A DNA stretch of 64,000 nt from positions 2,790,001 to 2,854,000 of the forward strand of contig NEEC01000010.1 of assembly GCA_002189035.1 (NCBI GenBank), in the 5' to 3' direction. This stretch comes from Utricularia gibba. Taxonomy: Eukaryota; Plantae; Magnoliophyta. The translations under genes and the position numbers were made by a program. Of this stretch, positions 53,080 through 64,000 are shown piece after piece (position 1 is the first letter of the stretch; the number at the start of each line of letters is the position of its first letter). The notes under the pieces are model-generated. The model saw nothing but the letters and a program-made list of their open reading frames with translations. It ran no database searches and was not told where the DNA came from.

Positions 53080-54033
53080 TCAGCTTCGATTCTCAATCTC
53101 CCAGGAAGCCAGATCTTCCACATCTACCTGCACTACGTCGCTCCTGACGCCGATATCCGTTGCATATCGGCTCAGACAATACATCCCTGTAGAAACGGTG
53201 GCCACCGCAATCGGACTTGGCATCAGCCTTTTCAAAGGAGAAGAAAGCATGGCTGCTAGAGGTGCACCGATCAAGGTTGAAGCTTGCCCACTTGTGCCAA
53301 TGCCAGCACGTTCAGATATCAGCAGTCCGGTTTTGCAGTATAGTGCGAAGTCTTCGCAGTTGTTTTGGAAAATATGGTACTTGCCGAATCCATTTCGAAG
53401 CAAATACATGGCTCGATGAACAACTGTTTCGCCATCATCTGATGGGGCCATGGTGCATGTTCCTCCGCGAAGTTTTGCAATGAAAACTGGTGGGGCAACT
53501 CCGTATTCGAAGCGATAAAGAGATCCTTCATGGAGGAAGCAGTCTAGACAGGAAATGAGAACGCTGCTGTTTTGATGCTTGAATCCACAGTCTGGAAAAT
53601 ATGGGCATTCTGAAGGTTGATCACCGGTGGTGTTAAAAGTGTCGATTCGGGTGAAATGAACAACTTTGCCACCACCGACATAGATGCCTGCACAATGTGA
53701 GTGGAACAAGATTTTACTGGATAGATCTCCAAGCAGATCAACAAAGAAGGCAACTTGCAAACGGATCAGCCCTAATTGAGGACAAACACAGGAAAACTAG
53801 ACAGAAATAAGAGATGGGCACTAACATTTAACCTAAAGAGAGATACCCGCATACTTACATTCCTACACAGGGATGAAAATCAGAGAAGCACAGATCGCGA
53901 AGAAGAAAAAAAAAAGAAAATCTGAAAAACATCGCTAACCGTGATGTGAGTAGGCAATTACCGCCCTGTAAGTGTAGATATGATCTCCAGGCTTGATCTC
54001 ATTTCTCCCCAATTCGTTGGAGAGAAGACCCAT
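53080..54033 (-). CDS. LRAT / NC-domain (NlpC/P60-like) protein, 2 exons
   Basis: MGLLSN...[11 protein letters not shown]...YSHHG|[11 protein letters not shown]; [15 protein letters not shown] with catalytic His and Cys retained; [12 protein letters not shown]. Confidence 0.92.
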
Positions 54034-55618
54034 ACCTTTTCCGCTGAAGAGATTCACAAATCTCAGTTGAAAAACGGCGAAAAATGCAACGACCGACAAA
54101 TGCTTGAACTGGAAACAACCCCCAGGAAACACCCCAATACTTTTCTTGGATCCAAAGAAATGGATTAGCTCAACAACTGCAGAACTGGAATCAAACACTC
54201 GCAAACGAGGGCGACGCTTCGGCTCCCCTCTTCTTCTCCCTCCAGGCTTTTTATTTTTTTATTATATGTTAAATATTAACCATCCTGCTGACCCATTGTT
54301 TGATGGGGCCCCGTTTTGTTTTTATTAAAATATTCAACGTGTGATAATCTTATAAATAAGTTGAACTGACGTTTTAAAATATATAGTTGGACTCCAGAAT
54401 CAATTAGAATAAATTTAAAATTTTCAAATTTAATTATAATAAAAAATAAAATTTTACTTTTATCAATTTTATCCAATTAAAATTTATTTTAACATATGTA
54501 TCATAAGAAAAAATAACAAATTTTTTTATTAATTGAATCTAAACATATTTTTAATATTTCTGATTATTGAATCCATTTGGATTTTTCTTTAAAATTAATA
54601 AAACCAAAACTCATAAAACATAAGTTAGATCCACTTTTAAAAACAATTTTGACTTACTCAAAATTGTGGAAATAGACTACTCTATGTATGCTACAATAGA
54701 AATCGTAAGATATGATTAGCTAGTAAACTTAAACACATGGATCTAGTGAGGATATTTCATATTCTTTATGGACGGATAAGAGAGATGTGTTTAAATAAAA
54801 TAATATTTAATCTTATACAAAACATTTTTCCTAAAAGAGGATAATGTAAACTTATGAATTATATATGTTTTAAATAGATAATATTATATAAAGTCAATTA
54901 AAACTAATATGAAATATCGTCCTTTAATTCAGTCTAAACTTGTAACTAGGTACGAGTAGTGAATTTATTCATTTAAATAATAATTGATATATTTAAAAAA
55001 TTATTGAATATGATCAATTATTTAAAAAATAAAGTCAATTTCATAATTAAATTAAAAATAAATTTAACCAGTTTTTAAAATACTGAAGACCACTAGATGC
55101 ATGCCCTATAGTTTTAGGCGACTTCTATAAAAATGGACCACATGTAACTTGACCAATAAAGATTGAGAATACAATTTCCGAGTTGCTTCTGATCTATTTA
55201 CCGCGACCGTATCGTACAAGTCATGAAAGCTACTAATATTTTCATTTTTTAACGCCATAAAATACCAAAATATCATCACACGGGGTAAGTACTATTCATA
55301 GGAAGGTTCCAGGAAGGTTCTTAGCAACCTCGCCACCATCATCAACCATGTGTTGGAGGGTGGGTGAGTTGGCTTCCTTCCCCTGCACAGCATCAATCAC
55401 CACGCTGCCGTATCTAAGGCATGCGAGGAAGGTTCCGTTCACCTTCTTCATTCATACTGATGTAATTTCGCCATTTAAACTAGCTCCGTTGAAATCCATG
55501 GGCGACGCATGTCTCCCACGTATAAATAGAATACTACCCCATCCCCCACAAGAGCAAGGAGCAGGAACACAACGAACTAGTTGTATTGCCATCACTGCTA
55601 TTCTGTCAGCGTTTTCAC

Positions 55619-55990
55619 ATGGAACAAATGGAAGGAATGGAAGAAGTGTACGAGGACTTACTTCCGGTGATGGCGGAGAAGCTGGACGTGGAAGCCTTCA
55701 TGGAGGAGCTCTGCGCTGGGTTCCGGATGCTGGCGGATCCGAGGACAGGGCTTAGGCTCATCACATCCGCTAGTCTGCAGAGGAACTGCCAGCATCTGGG
55801 TCTGCAGGGGATGACCCATGAGGATGCTGTGGCGATGGTCGAAGAAGGGGATCTCGATGGCGATGGTGTGCTCAACGAGATGGAGTTCTGCGTCCTCATG
55901 ATCAGGTTGAGCCCAGAGATGATGGAGGATGCTGTAACTTGGCTTGAGAAGGCCATTCGGGAGGAGCTGGACGAGCAATATAAAGTTTAA
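55619..55990 (+). CDS. Small EF-hand calcium-binding protein, KIC/PBP1-like, intronless
   Basis: YEDLLPVMAEKL..E.FMEELC.GF..LADP..GLIT..SL; EF hand DLDGDGVLNEMEFCVLM.RLSPEMM. Confidence 0.92.
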   Translation: MEQMEGMEEVYEDLLPVMAEKLDVEAFMEELCAGFRMLADPRTGLRLITSASLQRNCQHLGLQGMTHEDAVAMVEEGDLDGDGVLNEMEFCVLMIRLSPEMMEDAVTWLEKAIREELDEQYKV

Positions 55991-56865
55991 TTCATGTACG
56001 GTGTGTAGTAACTAAGACATGATCATCCAAATGTTCCACCATTTCAGGATTGATGCAAACCCCAGGCGTCGGCGGCCCATGGCCTAATAAATCTTCTTAG
56101 GCTAACCAAAGAGTCTGAAACCTCAAACCAGAATCAATTTAAAGTCATAAAATTTCAATCCAAATTCAGCATTTCCCTCACACCCATGATCAGTAACAGC
56201 TTTATCTGGAGCAGAAGATCTCACATTGAGAAAAATACAGTCTGCAGAAACCTGATAATCATGATTCGTAGATCACTTCAGTTGACAACAGACAATCACC
56301 TTCCTCCATATTTCTTCCTTAACCCTGAACAACCGAATCAGCTCCTGGTAAATATCTCACCATTCACCTTCTATGCTGAATCTCTACTATATCATAACCT
56401 TCAGGAATTTCATCAAACACCTTCAGTGCACCCTTCCACCACAAGTTCGCGACAACAGTAATATTGCATTTGAATAATCAGGAACAATACGGAAACTTTC
56501 AACGGGCATCTTGAACAGCCTCTTGAAAAGAATCACACCCGTCGCCTGAGCCAGGGCATAAAGCCGATTCTCCCAAGGAACGAACCGATTCTTGGACTCC
56601 TTGGTAACTAACTACTTATGGGCCCATTAACCGCTTCTGTGAGCCCATGTTGAGGCGTTGGGTTAAAAATGCCAAACCCAATACAAGGCCCAATGAATTA
56701 TATAACATTTTAATTCTAAAAATAAATAACAAATATCAATGTACACACTACACAGGCCTATTAAAAAATAATAATAATAAGGTAAAAATAAAAAAGTGTG
56801 AATAAATGAACACAGCTTTGAAGTACCAACTGCTAAACAAGTATAGCAACCATTGAACATCTTTT

Positions 56866-58290
56866 TCACCGTACGATCGTCTCTGGCTCGACTATATCCG
56901 ACGGTTCAATTTTTGAGCAACTTTTCAAACCTAGACGATCGTACAGCTTACGGAACTGATCTTTCGGTGGAGTAGGATCTTTACCGCCGGTGATCTCGGC
57001 CGCCGTCGACGAACCGTGGGTGCTGCTGATCCTCGAGATAGATTTTCCGGAATTCCTGCTGTTCGATTGTAAAGCTAGGATCACAGATCTGAGTGCTCGG
57101 CTCGGTGAGTTCCGATTAACCAGCATCAATTCGCTGACCTCCGCAGCGCTTATGGTGGCGCCGCTCAGAAAGATCTCCTCGACCTGGGGGAACAATTTGT
57201 GCTCCTTTACGCCTAGATAATTGCTAGCCAGATTTTTGAAGGAATTGAAATCGCAGAGCGGAAAGCATATATGGACATCGATTCTCCCCGGCCGGAGCAA
57301 CGCCGAATCGATTCCGTCCTTCGAGTTCATCGTGAAGATCGTGATCTTCTCATCCTGTAAATTCAGTATACCATCCATGAAATTCAGTAGTCCGGAGAAC
57401 GAAATCCGTGGTTGACCCTTGAGATACAGATCTAAATCCTCGACGACGACCACCGATTTGCTTCTGGTTCGCAACAGAAGCGCGTAGAGATCAGCGTCAT
57501 CGGATACTTGCCACAAATTGAGATTATACAGGTCGTAATTGAGCTGCTTCGCCGTCGCGGCGACGAAGCTAGATTTTCCGGTACCAGGAGGGCCACATAG
57601 AAGGTAACTCCGCTTCCAAACGCGCCCTGATTTGTGGTAACTCTGCTCTGATTTCACAAACGTCTCAAGGTCGTTCTTGATTTTGGCCTTCACCTCAGGA
57701 TCAATAACAAGCGAATCGAAACTCGCGGGATGATTGAACGGCGCTGGTCTCCATTTCCCATCAAGGTTATTGTAAATCTTCAGCTGCTTCCCCCTCTGCT
57801 CGATATCCCCTGAAACCGAATGTATATGCTGGAGATACGCCTGCAAAATCCTCCGTCTATCCTTCTTCCTGATCCTGAGAACAAAGCTCCTTGAAACGAC
57901 GCAGTTTCTGTCGTCCCTGACGATCTGATTCACCCACGAAACGCGAGCTCCGAGGAAAACGTCGTCGATGGCCTGATTGCCCTCCGGCGATATAAGAATC
58001 TCATTTGACTTCTTCCCAGATTTCAGGTTCGCGTAGTCGGAGTCCTCCAGAGAATGGAGGGCGTTGAGGTAGAGGGAAACGATTCTGTACAGGTGATTCT
58101 CACGGCGATCGTCCTCGTCCTCGAACTCCGGGACTCTGAAGCGTTGGTGAACGTGCACGAAATCAAGGAGGCGTTCGCACCCTTTCTTGAGGACGTAGAT
58201 GAGGGCAGTGCGGTGGAGGAAGAGCCAAAACAGGTACGCGAATCCCGGTACCGATACGCAGCATATCAAAAAAACTCTGAAATCCCACAT
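56866..58290 (-). CDS. Plant BCS1-like AAA-ATPase, intronless (ATG at 58290; ORF track starts at TTG 58302)
   Basis: N-terminal TM; W....F.HPASFD.L; GRVWKRSYLL.GPPGTGKSS Walker A; VVVVEDLD Walker B; LLRPGRIDVHI. Confidence 0.95.
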   Translation of the reverse strand: MWDFRVFLICCVSVPGFAYLFWLFLHRTALIYVLKKGCERLLDFVHVHQRFRVPEFEDEDDRRENHLYRIVSLYLNALHSLEDSDYANLKSGKKSNEILISPEGNQAIDDVFLGARVSWVNQIVRDDRNCVVSRSFVLRIRKKDRRRILQAYLQHIHSVSGDIEQRGKQLKIYNNLDGKWRPAPFNHPASFDSLVIDPEVKAKIKNDLETFVKSEQSYHKSGRVWKRSYLLCGPPGTGKSSFVAATAKQLNYDLYNLNLWQVSDDADLYALLLRTRSKSVVVVEDLDLYLKGQPRISFSGLLNFMDGILNLQDEKITIFTMNSKDGIDSALLRPGRIDVHICFPLCDFNSFKNLASNYLGVKEHKLFPQVEEIFLSGATISAAEVSELMLVNRNSPSRALRSVILALQSNSRNSGKSISRISSTHGSSTAAEITGGKDPTPPKDQFRKLYDRLGLKSCSKIEPSDIVEPETIVR

Positions 58291-58986
58291 CAGAAATCCC
58301 AACCCCTCTCTCTCTCCGTTCCTCCGTGAGGATGTGGCAGAGGAAGCAGAGACGGGGTTTAGCGCTCGAACAGAGAACCAGGGAAGAAGACTACTACTAT
58401 AGCTTCTTCATTTCATTCTTTTTCTTTTTCTTTTTTTAATATCCCACATCTTAAACAGAATATCCCCGTTTAGCTTCCAACCGGAGCGGCTCTTTTCCGG
58501 TCCCTCGTCTTGATTATGATGACTTCGCCTGATGTTTTGATTATTAAATTATATTAAACATGAAATATAACTATTTCTATTTTAAAAAAATAGCTCCCAC
58601 TTACACGTAAAAAAAATATTTAAATTTATAATAACAAATAAAATTAGAATCCAAAAAGGAATCCCGGTGGCCGTCGGAGAAGCGAAGGAATCGGAAGTGG
58701 AAATCCAGTCTCCTTCCAACTCATGGGCATGACGAGCTCCTTTTGGCAATGAATGGGTTCCGGTTCATCCAACAGCGACCCGGAGTCCGCCTCACGCATC
58801 CACTCACCAATAACGTGGCAATTCAATGTCCCTAGGTACCCTATTATCCAATTCTTCACGATTTTACGTTATTTTATTTCATTTATCATGATCCATAGGT
58901 TTGAAGAAATTCACTTAATGAAGCTTTGAGTTCATAATATAATAAAAAACATGATATAGAATATGCTTTTCCATAATTAAAGATTC

Positions 58987-59130
58987 ATCGAACGAACGGG
59001 ATTAAAATTCAAATACATAATAAATGTGAATGATATTAAAAAGATTAAATCTAATCGAACGAACGGGATTATTTGTGGTGAAATTCAAATACATAATAAA
59101 TGTGAATGATATTAAAAAGATTAAATCTAA
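58987..59130. repeat. Short tandem duplication (2 copies, ~67-76 bp)
   Basis: ATCGAACGAACGGGATTA...AAATTCAAATACATAATAAATGTGAATGATATTAAAAAGATTAAATCTA at 58987 and 59054. Confidence 0.9.
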
Positions 59131-59579
59131 TTAATTATAAATGATTTTTTTTTTAAATAAGAAAATCTAAAAAATATTTTTTTTATTTTAATTGACACCG
59201 AAAAAAAATGGATGGTGACGGAGGAGTTGTGTGAAAGGATGATTGGACGATGATGAGGGGGCAGGGGGCGGAGCTTATTTGAGAGGAGTGCATTTGTTCG
59301 TAGGGTATACGTGTCAGGGCGTGGCTTTAAATGAGTCGCAGGAGTCGGCACCGTATCGGAAGCGAAATAATTATTTTATTACAATTGACGCCCCACTTTT
59401 ATTACATAGATTACGTCCCATGAAATAGTTTTTAAAAATAAGATATATTTGAAAAATGATTATTTTATTATGATTTATTTGGTCGCGGTTTGTAGTGGGC
59501 ACGTGTATCCAATCACGTGCGCCTCCGGGTCGTTTCAGATGTGTCCGGTGGAGCCGAGTGCGGATCGGGACACGTAATG

Positions 59580-60420
59580 GGACATGCGTCGCCGTTGGGA
59601 CGTAGGGTTGGGGGTGATTTCAGTCTTGTAAAATCGTTTATTCAGCGCCGCCGCAGTGTGGGTTGATAAGGCGCCGCCGCCGAATGGTGAATGTGCTCCT
59701 CCGCGGATGTCCTCGGTAACTGTGCCGCTTTGACAGAGTGTTGCGCCTGCCCCTCCGTGATTGCAACGCCGTATCCTAGGAGTAGTACAAGGCGTGGTCA
59801 CCTACAAGGTCTCCGATTTAACCTCCGCCGCTGACGGCCGGAACTCCATCCATATCACCGTTCACCACTTCATCTTCCTACATGCTCTCTGCCGCCGCCG
59901 TCCAACCCAATATTCATCTACTCCACCCCCAAAAAACGCAATCTACCAGCAGGAAGCCTAACGAGCAGCAACAATGTGGTGCCTGAAACTGAGCAGAAAA
60001 ACGTGCTGGTGCAACAGCCTACTCACATACCAATGGAAACCCTCAGAGTCACAGCAATGGCGAATCTTCTAATGGAAACAGGGATCACAAATCTATGGAC
60101 ACAGAAAACAACCCAGAAGAAATGGGAACGTGGGTGGTCGCAGTTGCAGGACATCACAAAGGAGCAGTAATGGCATTCGGCATCAGCAGCGCAAAAGGTC
60201 CTATTTTGGGAAACTCCGATGGTGATTAATCTGGTAAGCCAGTTCGGGCAAGGGTTGAAGAAGAAATCAGTGGCGATTCCGACTCCATTTACAGCCCTCT
60301 TAGCAGCAATCTTCACGGCCTAAAAAACTCAATCATGTATAAATGTTGTTTCAGAAATAACATCCTGGTATTCATCTTTCTCACAGAAGGTTCCCAAATG
60401 GCCGCCACGACTCCACGAAG
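59580..60420 (+). pseudogene. Decayed proline-rich plant gene (At2g46630-like family)
   Basis: Pro/Ser-rich frames broken by stops; VVAVAGHHKGAVM resembles the family motif VITLAGENKGA.M; SSNLHGLKNSIMY...HPGIHL resembles NSNVQGVNNSILY...DPGVHL. Several in-frame stops and frameshifts. Confidence 0.6.
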
Positions 60421-61373
60421 GTTAAGCAAAGCTGGAAACTTGACGTCCGTTTCCATCTCCCCTGTCATGATTTTTCATCCGAGCTTCTTCTACCTACGGC
60501 TAACTTCATGGAATACGAGACAAATAGAGATACATCATTACGGAAAATGTCTTATTACATTAAATCATGAAAGAGAAAGCAGTTGATAGGAATCAACCAC
60601 CCTCTGACCGGCGACTGGTCCCTTTGATTTAAATCGCATCTTTCTTATCATTATCCACTCATCACTCCAACAACCAATCAATCATTCTGTTATGGATTGC
60701 CTTCCCCAAGCTTTTCGCCTTCCTCATCTTCAATTTCCACAACTTTCTTTTCCCCCCTCTCAGTAACTGAATTAAATGCCAACATGCATCATTGCTGTTG
60801 ATGGATGGAGCAGTAAATGAAACTATATTTATTATTTTTTTCTGGGTCTTGTCTTTTTGCACCGATTCTCGTCTTTATAATGTAAGCCTCGGTTCGGGTT
60901 TCAGTTTCTTGTGTTCATTCATCAGTTCTCCTCTTCCCCTCGAGACGAGGGGCTTGAGTTTTTTGGGAAGGAGCTTGTGTTTTAGAGGGGAATGTTGTCT
61001 GGCTCGAGGATCTTGTGCTTCTTGAGCAGATCTGTCTTCGGACCAGGCTTCATTCCCCCAAATTCTAGCTCCAGTGTTGCACAAGCCCTGTAAGAACGGT
61101 AATCATCGCTTTATCATGGCAAAGTTTTCATTTTTTTTTTCTTGATTTTCATTTCTATATCCATGATTTCTACTCAGTTTTCGTCTTTCAGATCCAGCTT
61201 GCTTCTTTCTGTTTTTAGGTTGTGATGTTCTTCTTCCCCAGTAGTCGTGTAATACCCTAACCCCAGTATCTTCTTGTTCATTCTTCCTTGTTTGAAGTTA
61301 AACGTTCATGTACGGATTAACAAAGTACAGTCCAAGTTTTGGTTAGCATCAAACCATTCACCTCTGCTACCAA

Positions 61374-61836
61374 TATAAAACCCTAGTAACACGAGCTTGT
61401 TTTACAAGTTTCAAATGCCTGGCATTTCCAATCTGCACCTTCTCCTTGATAGCAGTTTATATCGATGTGTGAGGGTTGTAGAACAGATATTTTTTAATGT
61501 TATGCAAGAGTACACATATTTATAGTTCTTTAGCAACGGTCGCCTACTTCTAGGGATTAGCCGTTGCTCACTACGACTTCCAACAATATTGACTTCAGCA
61601 CGTTGGGCCATATCATCATGTTGGGCCATTTTCTTGAAGTGGATGAGTAGCAAGATCTTTGTTGGTGGCCCATCTTCTGATCTTGCTGTCCAGTATAATC
61701 AGTCCGAGTTGCTGACAGACCTTCTTCTTCTTCCTCCCGTTATCTCTCAACACATTCGTATTTTCCTGTTCTGGGTCCTCCACATTTCTCACAGTTTGCT
61801 GCTGGTTTATCTCATATTCGTCCTCACTCGACATCA
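61374..61836 (-). repeat. Putative LTR of the copia element (~460 bp)
   Basis: Begins TG after purine tract AAGGAGGAA (61837-61845, minus strand); CTATAAATA TATA box near 61520; followed by PBS-like TGGTAGCAGAG at 61362-61372. Confidence 0.65.
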
Positions 61837-64000
61837 TTCCTCCTTGAGGAAGAACATGAGATGAGGCAGCAGTAATCAAGGGATTTCTGCGCAGCCCTAA
61901 TAGCTCACGGATTTGAGAGAAATGACTTGGAAAGAGGGCTTTGGTGAGAATGTCTGCGGCTTGTCTTTCTGATGGTAAATACTCCAATTTTATGCTTCCT
62001 TCTTTGATGTATTCCCTAAGAACATGGTATTTGATTTTGATATGCTTCGTCTTCCCAAACATGACCGGATTTTGAGCTATACTTATGGCTGATTTGCTGT
62101 CAATTTTCAGAATGAGTGGCTTGTTAATCTTGATCTGTAAATCTTCACATAATTTCAGGAGCCATTGAGCGTGATTTGCAGCACAAGCTCCAGCCATGTA
62201 TTCTGCTTCGGCTGAGGATTGAGCTACTAAGGTCTGTTTTCTGCTGTTCCAAGCAAATGCAGCAGAGCCCAGAGTAAACAAATAACCAGTGGTGGATTTA
62301 AGATCAGATTCGTCACCTGCGAAATCAGAGTCTACGAACCCTTGAAGAGATAGGTCAGTATGCCTTTTGAAGTATAAACCCATAGTTTTTGTAGCATTCA
62401 GATATTTGAATATTTGTTTAGCTATTCTAAGGTGTAAAGCAAGAGGGTGATGCATAAACCTGGATAGAAACGTTACAGCGAATGTAATGTCCGGTCGAGT
62501 TGAGGTGAGGTATAGTAGGGCACCAACAGTCTTCTGATATTCTCGTATGTTCACTGAATTTTCTTGAGGATCTTGTGGCCCTGAATCGGCAGAATTTAAT
62601 TCTTTCAGATAGTTGTTTGCCTTGTTCTTCAGGTATGGAGTGAAAGGCGTAGTTGCTTCTTTTGCATTGTCCATCCCAAATTTTTTTAGTAAGTCTTCAG
62701 TGTATTTTTGCTGGCTGAGAAATATAAAATTGGGATCTTGTATTATCTCTAGTCCAAGAATATATCTTGCTGGCCCTAGATCAGTCAATTCGAACCGTTG
62801 TTTGAGCCTTGATTTTTGATCTGCTATCAATGTCTCGTTATTTCCTGTTAGTAAGATGTCATCAACGTATAAAGATATGATGACCTTTCCAGTTTGATTG
62901 TTGAGGGTGTATAGAGTAGGGTCGTTCTTGCTTCTGATATAACCCATTTGACCAAAGTATGAATCTATGGTTGAATACCATTCCTTGGGCGCTTGTTTAA
63001 GCCCGTAGAGAGCCTTTTGGAGTTTTAACACCTTATTTGAGCCATCCTTTAGTGTAAAACCGGGAGGATTTTCAACATATATGTCTTCTTTCAAGTCTCC
63101 ATTCAGAAACGCATTCTTTATGTCTAAATGGTGCAGGATCCAACCTTGACTGGCGGCTAATGCGATAATCAATTTTATTGTATCCAGACGAGCTACCGGT
63201 GCGAAAGTCTCCCAGTAGTCTATACCTTCCTTTTGAAGATATCCTTTTGCAACCAGCCTAGACTTTAACTTATTTACTGAGCCGTCTGGATTTAGCTTTG
63301 TGCGATAAATCCATTTTAATCCCAACGGTTTAATATTGAGAGGTTTATCCACCGCTGTCCACACTTGATGCTCTGCTATGGCCTGTAACTCATTATCCAT
63401 TGAGGTTTTCCATGCAGGATCATTGAGAGCTTCGAAGGGAGAGGTAGGTTCACAAATCATAAGCGATCTGTCATAGACTTCAGTAAGAGGACAGTAACCT
63501 CTAGCAGGCTCTTCATCTATGAGATGATCGGCTGACTGCAGCATAAAGTGATGTGTATAGGAATTGTAGTTGTTTGCTGAATCTTCTGAGATATTTTCTG
63601 TGTTATCATGTCTTTCAGATATAATTTGCTCAGAGTTTTGGAAGTGAGATGTATTTTCCTCCTGTTCTTGTAATGAAGAGAATTGATATTCTGATTCTCT
63701 GCTTTCTCCATGTTGAGGCTGTTGCGACGAAGTAGGATATGGCATATGATCATTACTTTGCATGTCTTGATTCCTTTCTGAGTGATGTCTGAAATAATTG
63801 TTGTCCTCTGTTTCTGCACCAACAAGATTGGAATTATTCGTAATAGTGGTATTAGTTTCAGGAAGTTCATTGACAAGATTCTCTTCGTGCATTTCAGTAA
63901 GATTTTCAGATGCATTGATAGGAAATAGGAGTTGCATGTCTCTGGAATATTCAGCTTCGTTTTCAGGAGTAGAAGAGATATTATGCCAGTCATAGGTCAG
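61616..64000 (-). mobile_element. Ty1/copia retrotransposon pol (IN-RT linker, RT, RNase H); continues beyond the window
   Basis: Frame open to the window edge; KSRLVAKGY.Q.EGIDY.ETFAPV, LDIKNAFLNG, LYGLKQAP, YVDD, RPDI.FAV, DSDFAG, SSAEAEY, KHI.IKYH, ADILTK. Confidence 0.97.

Noticed and set aside
53080-54033. LRAT-domain protein as a triterpene acyltransferase partner of the OSCs
   Set aside because: Only an analogy with animal retinol acyltransferase; the family is widespread in plants and nothing in the sequence links it to the OSCs.
21762-58290. Classical triterpene biosynthetic gene cluster
   Set aside because: No P450, UGT, BAHD/SCPL acyltransferase or reductase in the window; the neighbours look like ordinary syntenic genes. 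This is a tandem OSC array, not a multi-enzyme cluster.
58644-58860. GC-richer island upstream of the AAA-ATPase
   Set aside because: No convincing frame or motif; could be regulatory but unsupported.

Overview
Gene-dense eudicot nuclear DNA with short GT-AG introns; not prokaryotic, so the ORF track captures exon fragments only. Left third (1-21.6 kb): ABCG half-transporter (partial), carotenoid isomerase CRTISO, a CDPK, a CCDC137-like protein, a phytocyanin/ENODL, a decayed REVEILLE-like MYB, a RING-H2/ATL ligase, ABIL, eIF1A, a DUF1191 protein and the mitochondrial carrier ADNT1. Centre (21.8-46.4 kb): a local tandem array of three oxidosqualene cyclase (triterpene synthase) genes on the minus strand. 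OSC1 and OSC2 read as intact by eye, carry a non-canonical MMCYCR motif and differ from each other at several active-site-motif residues. OSC3 is broken by a ~510-bp internal inversion. The array also holds a 5.5-kb decayed Mutator element (TIRs, 9-bp TSD, plastid 23S rRNA fragment), a hAT-type MITE (8-bp TSD) and duplicated fragments of neighbouring genes that allow its history to be reconstructed. Right third: two tandem anther-type bHLH genes, a conserved uncharacterised plant gene, an LRAT/NC-domain gene, a KIC/PBP1-like EF-hand gene, an AAA-ATPase, a proline-rich-gene pseudogene and the 3' part of a Ty1/copia element whose LTR is flanked by both a PPT and a PBS-like motif. Many conserved genes show 1-bp indels in homopolymers, most likely long-read assembly errors, so single frameshifts are not treated as pseudogenisation. 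All family assignments come from motif recognition by eye; no searches were run.
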